A stretch of 64,000 bases of DNA, from contig JBHLON010000004.1 of assembly GCA_048940445.1 (NCBI GenBank), positions 11,466 to 75,465 on the forward strand. The letters are read 5' to 3'. Position numbers and translations under genes: made by a program. This document shows, one piece after another, positions 9,912-19,383 of the stretch. This DNA is from Promethearchaeota archaeon (GTDB lineage: Archaea; Asgardarchaeota; Lokiarchaeia; Sigyniarchaeales; SOKP01). Within the stretch, counting starts at the first letter, position 1. Every line of letters starts with the position of its first letter. The notes beneath the pieces are model-generated. The model ran no database searches. It was not told where the DNA came from and was given only the letters and a program-made list of their open reading frames with translations.

Positions 9912-10418
9912 GTGATACATATGAATTACTGCCCGAATTGTGGCACTAAAGTAGAGTCCTTTTGGAATGTTTGTGCTAACTGTGGTTATCATATATCAGA
10001 AAGAAGCATCCCTACCCTCATTCAAAAGGAACAAGAAAAGCAGTTTACACAAGTAAGGACAGCAACTCCTAAACCAGTTAAAACTTTAGCTTCAAAACCA
10101 CCTGAAGGCTATTTTGAACCCGAAAGAACATACGGAACTGTTGCTTTAGTCGCAGGAATTGTTGGTTTGGGCCTAACCTTTTTAATTATATTCCTACGAA
10201 TCATTGGGACTTTTACATTACCATTACTCACATTTAATAATGTGATGATAATAATTTTAGCTATTTTGGCAATTATTACAGGCATAATTGGAATTATTAA
10301 AGATAATCCAAAGGTAATGGGCATTATTGGTCTAATCCTGGGAGTTACTGGACTAATAGTATTATTTATAAGAGCAGTGTTTTTTATAGTAAACTTATTT
10401 ATCCCATTACCACTGTAA
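9912..10418 (+). CDS. Zinc-ribbon/TM protein, tandem paralog 3
   Basis: Same N-terminal 23 aa as paralog 2, encoded with many synonymous differences. C-terminal TM helices. Likely start is ATG 9921. Confidence 0.6.
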   Translation: MIHMNYCPNCGTKVESFWNVCANCGYHISERSIPTLIQKEQEKQFTQVRTATPKPVKTLASKPPEGYFEPERTYGTVALVAGIVGLGLTFLIIFLRIIGTFTLPLLTFNNVMIIILAILAIITGIIGIIKDNPKVMGIIGLILGVTGLIVLFIRAVFFIVNLFIPLPL

Positions 10419-10561
10419 GCTTTAAATTAATACTGAATTTTATCAATAATCTTTTTCAATAATTAATTTGTTATACTTATTTTTATATTATTTAAATTGA
10501 TTTTAAATTATATTTAGGATTCAATTTTTATTTTATAAGCAAAATAAATTATTGATTTAAG

Positions 10562-11677
10562 ATGAAAAAAAAAACAGAAATCCCGTATGAGATAGATGAG
10601 AAAGTTTATAACCGTTTCGAAGAAAAGTATCACATGATTTATCGACGTCTATGGGATAAAACTTTGACAACATATCGTAAAATGTTTGAAGAAAACATAG
10701 AAAAACACATAAATTCAAAGAGAGAAGGATACTCTAGAATTGATTTTGCTACGGTAGCTGCTGGATGGACCGTATATGAAAGATTTCCCTTTGCTTTTAC
10801 ATGGCAAAAAAATAATGATTACGATATAGGTTATGGTCTAAATTGGATTAGAAAAAGATATGAAATTACAAATCCTCAAGATTTTTCTTTAATTCTAAAA
10901 AAAGTAGCAAAATTTTACGGAGCTTCTTTGGTTGGTATTACAGAAGTTAACGAGAAATGGATATACAAATCTGGGTTTTTAAGGTCTGGTATGACTAGTG
11001 AAGCTGATTCAAAGAAAGAACTTAGAGAAGGAAAATTATGCGATAATATATTAGACAATCTTATCAGCTTACCCAAAGGAATAAGTAGAGTTATCGTTAT
11101 GGCTATTGAAATGGATCATGATGCAATATCAACAGCACCAGCTCAACCTGCTGCTGCAGCATCAGCTATAGCCTATTCGAAAATGGCTTTTGTAATTTCT
11201 TGTCTTGGTGAATTCATTAGAAATTTAGGGTATCGAGCAATTCAATGCGGCAATGATACTGCTATAAGTATTCCAATAGCGATCGATGCAGGACTTGGAG
11301 CTATTGGAAGGAATGGATTATTAATTACTCCTGAGTATGGATCTCGTGTAAGAATTTGTAAAGTATTTACAGATATCCCTCTTGCTATTGATAAACCTAA
11401 TTTAGAATTCATAAAGAAAGTAAATGATTTTTGTACTAAATGCTATAAGTGTGCCGATATATGTGAAACTAAAGCTATTTCAAGAGAGAAAGAACCATCT
11501 TTTAAACCACCTACTATATCTAATAATCCAGGAGTTAAGAAATATTATGTAGATGTTGAAAAGTGTTTCGAATTTTGGATTGAAAATTCAAGTGATTGTG
11601 GAAATTGCATTGCTATTTGTCCATTTTCTAAATTGAAAACCCTTCTTTCCGCTACTGATTTTTGGAGAAGCTTCTAG
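10562..11677 (+). CDS. Reductive dehalogenase / QueG-like corrinoid Fe-S protein family, no signal peptide
   Basis: C-terminal CTKCYKCADIC (CxxCxxCxxxC) plus CGNCIAICP (CxxCxxxCP). Also GASLVGITEVNEKWIY and GLGAIGRNGLLITPEYGSRVRICKVFTDIPL, typical of RdhA/QueG. No twin-arginine or hydrophobic leader. Confidence 0.55.
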   Translation: MKKKTEIPYEIDEKVYNRFEEKYHMIYRRLWDKTLTTYRKMFEENIEKHINSKREGYSRIDFATVAAGWTVYERFPFAFTWQKNNDYDIGYGLNWIRKRYEITNPQDFSLILKKVAKFYGASLVGITEVNEKWIYKSGFLRSGMTSEADSKKELREGKLCDNILDNLISLPKGISRVIVMAIEMDHDAISTAPAQPAAAASAIAYSKMAFVISCLGEFIRNLGYRAIQCGNDTAISIPIAIDAGLGAIGRNGLLITPEYGSRVRICKVFTDIPLAIDKPNLEFIKKVNDFCTKCYKCADICETKAISREKEPSFKPPTISNNPGVKKYYVDVEKCFEFWIENSSDCGNCIAICPFSKLKTLLSATDFWRSF

Positions 11678-11791
11678 TTTAGCAGATTTAGATTTCATAA
11701 TAATTAAAATGTGAATTACATAAATTTTTGAATTGCTTTAAATATAATTACTAAAGCAGATAAAATTTTCATGTAAACAATATTTCTGAAA

Positions 11792-13507
11792 ATGAAAGCT
11801 ATTGATAAAGCAACAATTGCGGAATTTCTACATGACTATATAACACGACTTACAATTGACGAAATTACATCTCTTATTGAAATACCACCTCCCGAAATCG
11901 AGTATACCTATGCCTTTCCTTGTTTCAAACTAACTAAATGGGAAAAAGCAAAGAATCCCAATATAATTGCTACTGAATTGAAAAAAAAAATTAAACTTCC
12001 GAAATTTTTGGAACAGATTGAAGCAAAAGGACCATACTTAAATATGCAAGTTAGTAGAAGTTACATTCTCAATGAGATTTTTAGTTTAAAAGAAGATTTT
12101 GGGAGAATAAGATTAAAATTGGGACACGAAAAGAAAAAAATCCTAAAAATTGTAATTGAATATCCCTCTCCAAATACTAATAAGCCATTGCACTTTGGAC
12201 ATGTAAGAAATATGTTATTGGGGCAGTCTATTTCTAATTTACTTAAGTACAAAGGACATCAAGTATTCCAAGTTAATTTATATAACAATCGGGGCATTCA
12301 TATTTGTAAAAGTATGTTAGCATATAAGAAATGGGGGAGAGGCAAAAAGCCTGATAAAAAAAGCGATCATTTTGTAGGAGATTTTTATGTACTATATAAT
12401 GAAAAAGAAAAAGACCAAAATGAATTAGAAAAAGAAGCTTATGAATTATTGAAGCTATGGGAAGCTGGTGATAAATCAACGGTTATGTTGTGGAATAAGA
12501 TGAATCAGTGGGCTTTAGATGGTTTTAATGTAACATATAAAAAGTTAGGAATCTCGTTTGATAAAGTTTATTTTGAATCTGATCTGTATTTGAAAGGTAA
12601 AGAAATCATCAATGACGGACTAAGAAAAGGTATTTTTGAAAAACTCGACGATGGAGCCATTATTGCTAGATTAGGGGATTATAATCTTGAAGACAAAGTG
12701 TTAATACGTCGCAATGGCACAGCAATTTACATAACTCAAGATATATATTTGGCTTATAAAAAGAAGGAAGATTTCAATTATGATAAATCTATATATGTGG
12801 TTGCGGATGAACAAATACAACATTTTAAATGGTTGTTTGCAATTCTAGATAAACTAGGATTTAAGGGAGATAATTTTCATTTGTCTTATGGAATGGTAGA
12901 TCTACCCAGTGGAAAAATGAAAAGTAGGGAAGGAACGATTGTTGATGCTGATGATGTCATTAAGGAAGTGGAAGAACTTGCTTTTAAAGAAGTAGAAAAA
13001 AGATATCATGATATTTCATTATTTGAAAAAAAGCAGAGAGCTGAAATTATTGGTTTAGCAGCTTTAAAATTTTATATCTTAAAGTATAATCCAACAAAAG
13101 GATTTGTCTTTAATCCCGAAGAGAGTATTTCTTTTGAAGGTGAGACCGGACCATATATTCAATATTGTTATGCACGAATCTCTTCGATAATTAATAAATC
13201 TAATCTTAAGATTGGATCAGATATCAATTGGGATTTATTAAACCATAAAAATGAGTTAGCTTTAATCAAATGGTTAACTTATCTTCCCGAGAATATTAAC
13301 GATTCAGAAGCAACATATGATATTCATTTGATTGCACAATATTTACTCACACTATGCCAATATTTTAATTCATTTTATACCTCATGCCAAGTAATTTCTG
13401 ATGATAAGGAATTGGAATATGCTAGATTATTTTTAATACATTGTGTACAAATAGTAATAAAGATTGGATTAAACATTTTAGGAATTGAAACTTTAGAACA
13501 AATGTAA
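11792..13507 (+). CDS. argS: Arginine--tRNA ligase
   Basis: Class I HIGH region PSPNTNKPLHFGHVRN, KMSKS-like GKMKSREG, and a C-terminal anticodon-binding region (GPYIQYCYARISSI). Confidence 0.9.
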   Translation: MKAIDKATIAEFLHDYITRLTIDEITSLIEIPPPEIEYTYAFPCFKLTKWEKAKNPNIIATELKKKIKLPKFLEQIEAKGPYLNMQVSRSYILNEIFSLKEDFGRIRLKLGHEKKKILKIVIEYPSPNTNKPLHFGHVRNMLLGQSISNLLKYKGHQVFQVNLYNNRGIHICKSMLAYKKWGRGKKPDKKSDHFVGDFYVLYNEKEKDQNELEKEAYELLKLWEAGDKSTVMLWNKMNQWALDGFNVTYKKLGISFDKVYFESDLYLKGKEIINDGLRKGIFEKLDDGAIIARLGDYNLEDKVLIRRNGTAIYITQDIYLAYKKKEDFNYDKSIYVVADEQIQHFKWLFAILDKLGFKGDNFHLSYGMVDLPSGKMKSREGTIVDADDVIKEVEELAFKEVEKRYHDISLFEKKQRAEIIGLAALKFYILKYNPTKGFVFNPEESISFEGETGPYIQYCYARISSIINKSNLKIGSDINWDLLNHKNELALIKWLTYLPENINDSEATYDIHLIAQYLLTLCQYFNSFYTSCQVISDDKELEYARLFLIHCVQIVIKIGLNILGIETLEQM

Positions 13508-13538
13508 TTGTAAATAAAGAAGAGGGTAATCAAATTTA

Positions 13539-14447
13539 ATGACGTTCTTCGATTTTGGGCAAGTTATTGATTTTGAAAGTAAGTTTGTGATATTTGGTAT
13601 TCCATGGGATTATTTAACCTCAATAAAGGCACCTAACTCTGCTATCGCACCTCGAAAAATACGTGAAGTTACTAAGAATTTAGCTTTAACTACAGAGATG
13701 GGTTATGAAATCCCAGAGTTAGATGCTGTCGATTTAGGGAATGTCAAAATAGATACTCCTAAAGTTGATAAAAATCTTAAAGAAATCCAGAAATTTGTTA
13801 AACAAATTTTCTCCCAAAAAAATGAGATTATTCCTGTAATGATTGGAGGAGATCATTTCTGTTCATTTCCTGTAATAAAAGCAATTGGAGAACATTTTAA
13901 GAAAAAGGAGGAATTAGGTTATTTGATATTTGATGCTCATCTTGATTTCTATGAACAATGGGATAAAGGAGTATATTCACATGCTACCACTTCTCACAGA
14001 ATTTATGATTTAGATTTCGTAAACAAAAATAATATCTTAATTGCTGGGACTAGAGATATTGACATTCCTGAAAAACAGAATGCTGATCAGGAAAATATAA
14101 CATTTCTAAATGCATTTAAATTACAGGATTATGGGTTAAATTCATATATCGAAGAAATTATTGATTTCTTTAAAAGGTCAAAAATCAAATACCTTTATAT
14201 ATCAATTGATATTGACGTTTTAGATCCTTCAATTGCTCCTGCTACAGGCTATGCAATTCCTGGAGGATTATCATATCGAGAATTGTGGAAAACTCTCAGA
14301 GAAATAACAAGAGAATTTAAAGTAATCGGCTTTGATTTAGTGGAAGTAGCTCCAAATTTAGATCTTCCAAATAATTTAACTAGTAATTTAGCTGCTAAAT
14401 TAATTATAGAACTTATTTCATTTATTTCGAATAATATATACTTTTAA
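13539..14447 (+). CDS. speB: Agmatinase / ureohydrolase family
   Basis: Mn-binding motifs GGDH, DAHLD and SIDIDVLDP; 302 aa. Confidence 0.8.
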   Translation: MTFFDFGQVIDFESKFVIFGIPWDYLTSIKAPNSAIAPRKIREVTKNLALTTEMGYEIPELDAVDLGNVKIDTPKVDKNLKEIQKFVKQIFSQKNEIIPVMIGGDHFCSFPVIKAIGEHFKKKEELGYLIFDAHLDFYEQWDKGVYSHATTSHRIYDLDFVNKNNILIAGTRDIDIPEKQNADQENITFLNAFKLQDYGLNSYIEEIIDFFKRSKIKYLYISIDIDVLDPSIAPATGYAIPGGLSYRELWKTLREITREFKVIGFDLVEVAPNLDLPNNLTSNLAAKLIIELISFISNNIYF

Positions 14448-14451
14448 TTAT

Positions 14452-15402
14452 ATGTCGTTTGAAAATTTTAAAGATTTTTTGAAGAAGGTAAATCAATTTA
14501 ATATAAGAGAAACAGATGATATATTAAAACTTATAGAAGCATTCGCAGAAACAGGTTTTAATGCTAAAAGATTAGCTAGAGCGTGCCATATTTATAAAGA
14601 GATGGTTGATGATAGGGATTGCACAAAATTCTTTGGATTAGCAGGAGCTTTAGTCCCTGTTGGTATGCAGGGAGTAGTTCATGATTTTTTAGAAGATGGA
14701 TTTATCGATATTCTTGTTACTACTGGAGCTAATCTGACTCATGATCTTGCAGAATCTCTAGGATTCCATCATCTACAAAGCGAAATGAATTTAAAAAATT
14801 TCGATGATGCTAAGCTTTATGAAAATAAATTAAATCGAATTTATGATGTCTTTTTGCCGAATAATGTTTATGAAGGAATTGAGGAATTCATATCTAGTTT
14901 GGAGATTCCTGATAATAGTATGCCTGTGAGTGATTTCTTGCAGTTTTTAGGAGAACAGTTACCTGACAATCCAAATTCAATATTAAAGTTGTGTGCAGAA
15001 AAGCGGATTCCCATTTTTTGTCCAGCTTTCACTGATTCGGGATTAGCATTGCAATTGGGATTTCATAACCGCAATTTAAATCTAAATCATTTCAAAGATA
15101 TGTTAAAAATGGTAGATTTAGCATGGGATTCCAAACATGCAGGGGTTTGTATTGTTGGAGGAGGTGTTCCAAAAAATTTTATTTTCCAATCACTTCAGTT
15201 TTGTCCCACATCAGCAATTTATGCGATACAAATTACAATGGACCGCCCAGAGACTGGTGGATTAAGCGGAGCAACATTGGAAGAGGCTATATCATGGGGT
15301 AAAGTTAATGAAAAAGCAAAATATTCTACAATTGTATCAGATGCAACTATTGTATTACCTTTAATATTGCTTTATCTGAAAAAAGCTTTAAATTTAAAAT
15401 AA
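14452..15402 (+). CDS. dys: Deoxyhypusine synthase
   Basis: GGGVPKNF and EEAISWGK (catalytic Lys region); 316 aa. Starts 4 nt after the agmatinase stop. Confidence 0.85.
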   Translation: MSFENFKDFLKKVNQFNIRETDDILKLIEAFAETGFNAKRLARACHIYKEMVDDRDCTKFFGLAGALVPVGMQGVVHDFLEDGFIDILVTTGANLTHDLAESLGFHHLQSEMNLKNFDDAKLYENKLNRIYDVFLPNNVYEGIEEFISSLEIPDNSMPVSDFLQFLGEQLPDNPNSILKLCAEKRIPIFCPAFTDSGLALQLGFHNRNLNLNHFKDMLKMVDLAWDSKHAGVCIVGGGVPKNFIFQSLQFCPTSAIYAIQITMDRPETGGLSGATLEEAISWGKVNEKAKYSTIVSDATIVLPLILLYLKKALNLK

Positions 15403-15418
15403 TTTGAGAAATAGTTTT

Positions 15419-15883
15419 TTAATAAAAAAGTCCTTTTAACTTTTGATCGATATTTTTAGTATCTGAACCAAAAGTATAATCAAGGACATCCTTAAAATAT
15501 TTAAATTGAGTAACTTCAGACAGATTTTTTCCTTCATTAGATTTTTTAAATTCATTAGCAACGCTAAATAATAGAGGTTGAATTACCTTGTGGATATATT
15601 TTTCAATCTTTTTTTCTTTATCTATGATTGCATAAGAGATTAATGGCTCAGGTTCGCTGCTATCTTCTGAGCGAATCACACTATTTGTAAATGCAATTAC
15701 AAATTTCTTTCCTTCAAAGTATTCTATTGAATTATATGTAAAAGCCGTATCTGCGAAATTTAAAAGTGCTGTTAATAAACCACTTCTTAAATCCGTATCA
15801 ATTCTTCCAAAAGTTGATTTATGATAACTTTTTTTAACTAACGTAAATCCTCTGAATAATAAACCAACTTCACGAATTACCAT
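15419..15883 (-). CDS. Small alpha/beta protein, longin/roadblock-like fold candidate (paralog of 36023..36517)
   Basis: Two N-terminal beta-like segments, then DLRSGLLTALLNFADTAF, three more beta-like segments and a long helix. Aligns along its length with 36023..36517 (DLISGFLNALNLFIKEI). The fold assignment is a guess from the sequence pattern. Confidence 0.4.
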   Translation of the reverse strand: MVIREVGLLFRGFTLVKKSYHKSTFGRIDTDLRSGLLTALLNFADTAFTYNSIEYFEGKKFVIAFTNSVIRSEDSSEPEPLISYAIIDKEKKIEKYIHKVIQPLLFSVANEFKKSNEGKNLSEVTQFKYFKDVLDYTFGSDTKNIDQKLKGLFY

Positions 15884-16085
15884 TTTTAGATATTGGTTCT
15901 GTATTAAATATTATGTAACTTAAAAGTTTAAAAAGTAATTTCATTCTAGTTTATTTAAAAAAACCTAATCTAATAAACTCTTTGATTAACCATTATCTTA
16001 TGATAAAATTTTCTTTGTTTAGAGCTAATTATTTCCCTTGAAATAAAAAAAAAGAATTAATATATAGACAACATTTTACAGAATT

Positions 16086-17273
16086 ATGATTACAAAAAAT
16101 CAAATCAAACTATGTGCTGAAAATATCGCTAGAAGCATTAATATAAAGAAAGAGGGCGAATGCGTATTTATAAGGGGTGGACTTTATTCTCATGAATTAT
16201 TAGAAGAAATTGGCTTATCTGTTTTAAGGCAAGGAGCAACTCCTTTCATTTCATATACGAGTGATTACTATTCAGAACAACTCTATCAAGATGATTTAAT
16301 TAAAACAGAAACTTTAGAGAAAAAAGGTTTACATTACATCAAAATGATTGAAAATATTGATGCATATATAGTAATTGAACCATTAGCAGATCTTTCTATA
16401 AAAAATAGGGCTCCACGGGAAAAGGTAGATGCCGTACAAAAAGCCAATTTACCTATTAGAAATATTTTATATGGTTTCAAAAAGGAATATGCTCCAGGTA
16501 AAAAATGGTGTTATGCTGCCTGGCCATCTAAGGAAGCTGCTAAGTTTTTTAATATTGATTATGATCTATATGAAAAATTTATTGTTGGAGGAATAAGCAT
16601 TCCTTTAAATGAAATGACTAAAATGACTCAAAATTTAGGACACTTTTTTGAAAATGCGAGAAAAGCCTACGTTTCTGATGATTATGGAACTGATTTTTGG
16701 GTCTCAATTGAAGATAGAGTTAGGATTCTTGATGATGGGATTCTTTCTGATGAACAGATTGCGTTGGGTGATTTAGGGGGAAATTTACCAGCAGGAGAGG
16801 TGTTTTTTCCTCCTCATGAAACACAAGGGGAAGGTACAATTTTTTGTCCTCTAACTAAAGACAGAATTAGCGATAAAATATTAAAAAATGTTAAACTTTC
16901 ATTCAAAAAAGGAAGATTATTGATTGATAAAGTCACTGCTGATACTAACCTGGAAGATTTAATTAACTCATTTAAAAAATGTGAAGAATTAGATAAGCAA
17001 AATGAAGTTCCAGAACTAAGAACTTATAATGTGGCTGAACTCGGAATAGGGTGTAACCCAGAAATTACAAAAGCTATAGGATATATTCTTACTGATGAAA
17101 AGATAATTGGGAGTGTTCATCTGGCTTTTGGATTTAATATCTCTTTTGGAGGAACTTCCGCATCGCAGATGCATTGGGATTTTGTAACTTACCCAAAAGC
17201 AAATATTACAGTTGAATATAAAGATGGAAAGAAAAAACAAATAATGGTAGAAGGAAAACTAATTGAAGAATAG
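16086..17273 (+). CDS. M29-family aminopeptidase (AmpS/PepS-like)
   Basis: GGNLPAGEVFFPP, ELGIGCNP, VHLAFG, HWDF; about 395 aa, typical of the family. Confidence 0.8.
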   Translation: MITKNQIKLCAENIARSINIKKEGECVFIRGGLYSHELLEEIGLSVLRQGATPFISYTSDYYSEQLYQDDLIKTETLEKKGLHYIKMIENIDAYIVIEPLADLSIKNRAPREKVDAVQKANLPIRNILYGFKKEYAPGKKWCYAAWPSKEAAKFFNIDYDLYEKFIVGGISIPLNEMTKMTQNLGHFFENARKAYVSDDYGTDFWVSIEDRVRILDDGILSDEQIALGDLGGNLPAGEVFFPPHETQGEGTIFCPLTKDRISDKILKNVKLSFKKGRLLIDKVTADTNLEDLINSFKKCEELDKQNEVPELRTYNVAELGIGCNPEITKAIGYILTDEKIIGSVHLAFGFNISFGGTSASQMHWDFVTYPKANITVEYKDGKKKQIMVEGKLIEE

Positions 17274-17300
17274 CATTACTTAAACTTTTATTAAATTTTC

Positions 17301-17777
17301 TTACAATGAAATGTTTTCTAAATATTCCAAAACCTTTTCTAGAACTAATTCTTTGAAATGAATTCTGTCTGTATGAAAATTATACTTCTCTATTTTTATT
17401 TCTTCTCTTGTAGAATACCCTATATAGACCAACCCAACAGGTTTATCTTGAGTTCCTCCTGTTGGTCCAGCAATTCCAGTAATTCCTATTCCAATATCAA
17501 CATTTGATAAAACTCTAACATTATGAGCTAATTGTTGTGCCACCGTCTCAGAAACTGCCCCAAATTCTTCAATGCTTTTAGGATTCACTTTTAATAACTC
17601 TATTTTTGATTTATTACTATAGCAAACAATCCCTCTCTCAAAAACGTTTGAAGCTCCAGAAACATTAGTAAGCATATGGGAAATATATCCTCCCGTACAT
17701 GATTCTGCTATAGCAATTAAAATTGTTTTCTTAGTAAACTTTTTGATGAGAGTTATTATTCTTTTTAAGGTACTCAT
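17301..17777 (-). CDS. pncC: CinA C-terminal domain / NMN amidohydrolase (PncC-like)
   Basis: AESCTGGYISHMLTNVSGASNVFERGIVCYSNKSKIELL and GIAGPTGG. Confidence 0.85.
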   Translation of the reverse strand: MSTLKRIITLIKKFTKKTILIAIAESCTGGYISHMLTNVSGASNVFERGIVCYSNKSKIELLKVNPKSIEEFGAVSETVAQQLAHNVRVLSNVDIGIGITGIAGPTGGTQDKPVGLVYIGYSTREEIKIEKYNFHTDRIHFKELVLEKVLEYLENISL

Positions 17778-17941
17778 TTTTCTACAAATAAAGTAGATTA
17801 TTTTAATATACTTTAAAGATTAAAAGAACTTAATGTTAATATAAACTCAATATAAATATAATTATTAATATTAATAATTAAGGTTGTAAAGAATAATTTT
17901 TAAAAAAAATAGAATACGCGGAATAACTATGGAGTGATTAA

Positions 17942-18487
17942 ATGAACGACAGAGAAGAAAGGAAAGATTTTGTATTTAAGATCACGGTAATTGGAGATGG
18001 AGCTGTTGGTAAGACATCTTTGATCAAGAAATACACTCAAGGATCATTTCAAAAACAATATATTAAAACTTTAGGGGCTCAATTTTCGAAATACGATGAA
18101 AAAGTAGAGGGTAATACGGTAAAGCTCTTTTTCTGGGATATTGCAGGTCAAGCAGAATTCAGCTTTATGAGACCTACATTCTATAAAGGAAGTAAAGCAG
18201 CAATAATCGTATTTTCACACGCTCCAGGGGAAGAAGAGAGTTTTAATAATATAATTGAATGGCATGAAGATATTAAGAAATATTGTGGAAATATCCCAAT
18301 AATATTATTTGGGAATAAAATTGATCTCATTAATTTAGAAGAATTAGATGAGAATAAAGCAGAAAAACTTGTTGAAGATCGTAAATTTATGGGATATTTT
18401 AGAACAAGTGCTAAAACAGGAACAGGTGTATATGAAGCTTTTCAAGCCATCATAAGGAAGTTATATCTTAAATTTAAAGACAAATAA
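17942..18487 (+). CDS. Ras/Rab-like small GTPase
   Basis: GDGAVGKTS, WDIAGQAEF, GNKIDL, SAKTG. No C-terminal Cys. Confidence 0.85.
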   Translation: MNDREERKDFVFKITVIGDGAVGKTSLIKKYTQGSFQKQYIKTLGAQFSKYDEKVEGNTVKLFFWDIAGQAEFSFMRPTFYKGSKAAIIVFSHAPGEEESFNNIIEWHEDIKKYCGNIPIILFGNKIDLINLEELDENKAEKLVEDRKFMGYFRTSAKTGTGVYEAFQAIIRKLYLKFKDK

Positions 18488-18520
18488 TTATTTCCGGTCA
18501 TAATACCGCATTGATTATTT

Positions 18521-18814
18521 ATGATTGATGCATTTAAAGAAGGTTATCCAAAAATCTTGCTATTCTCATCAGCTCATTGTGCGCCTTGTAAACCAATAGA
18601 AGAAATGCTAAAGAGGATAAATATTTCAATGTTTGGAAAGAAATTATATATAAATAAAATAGATGTCGAAAAAAATTACAAATTGACAAAAGACTACAAA
18701 ATCACCTCCTTACCTACGATTATCATTGCAGATCGCCGGCTTTCAGTAAATATTCAAGAAGAAGATATAATTGATGCCATTTTATATGGATTTATTTCTT
18801 CAGTTAAAATATAA
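18521..18814 (+). CDS. Thioredoxin-fold protein with CxxC
   Basis: FSSAHCAPCKPIEEML (CAPC) and a downstream SLPT (cis-Pro position); 97 aa. Confidence 0.65.
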   Translation: MIDAFKEGYPKILLFSSAHCAPCKPIEEMLKRINISMFGKKLYINKIDVEKNYKLTKDYKITSLPTIIIADRRLSVNIQEEDIIDAILYGFISSVKI

Positions 18815-18863
18815 AAATTCTTAAAAAATATAAATATAAAAGATAAAAAAAGGAGAATATAAT

Positions 18864-19343
18864 ATGGATCGCCAATTACTCTCAAAAATTTTAACCCAGA
18901 TGAGAGATCATTTAAAAAGAGGGAAAGAAATTGGTGATATGAAAGTAGGAGCTCTACTTGCTCTCGGTCACCAATTAGAAGCTATTTTTTATTATTTAGG
19001 TCATGAATTAGGGACCACTCTAAAAGTAAATCAAGTTGAAGATGTTTCAAAAATACCTATTCTTTTAAAAGAGACGATTGTAGAATATAATATAGGTAAA
19101 GTTGAAATCTCAGAAAGCTCAGATGAGATAGTACAGCTTAAGTTAAAGGATCACTCATCTATTAAGGATTTAGTTGGTAAAAATATTAGAACAGAGGGAA
19201 GTTTTTGTTCTTTTGAAGCAGGAATGTTAGCGGGTATAGTTGAAAGAATGAGTAATGTTCATTGTTTTGCTCAAGAAATTAATTGCAGTTTACAAACAGG
19301 TAAAGATTATTGTGAATTTATGATTGTCTTTCAAAAAGATTAA
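18864..19343 (+). CDS. V4R-domain protein
   Basis: GSFCSFEAGMLAGIVERM (C-x4-G-x3-G) and C-terminal CSLQTGKDYCEFMIVF, typical of V4R (4-vinyl reductase) domains. Confidence 0.7.
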   Translation: MDRQLLSKILTQMRDHLKRGKEIGDMKVGALLALGHQLEAIFYYLGHELGTTLKVNQVEDVSKIPILLKETIVEYNIGKVEISESSDEIVQLKLKDHSSIKDLVGKNIRTEGSFCSFEAGMLAGIVERMSNVHCFAQEINCSLQTGKDYCEFMIVFQKD

Positions 19344-19383
19344 ATTAAAAGAGTCTTCGAAAAAAAATAGAAGTATATTAGAT

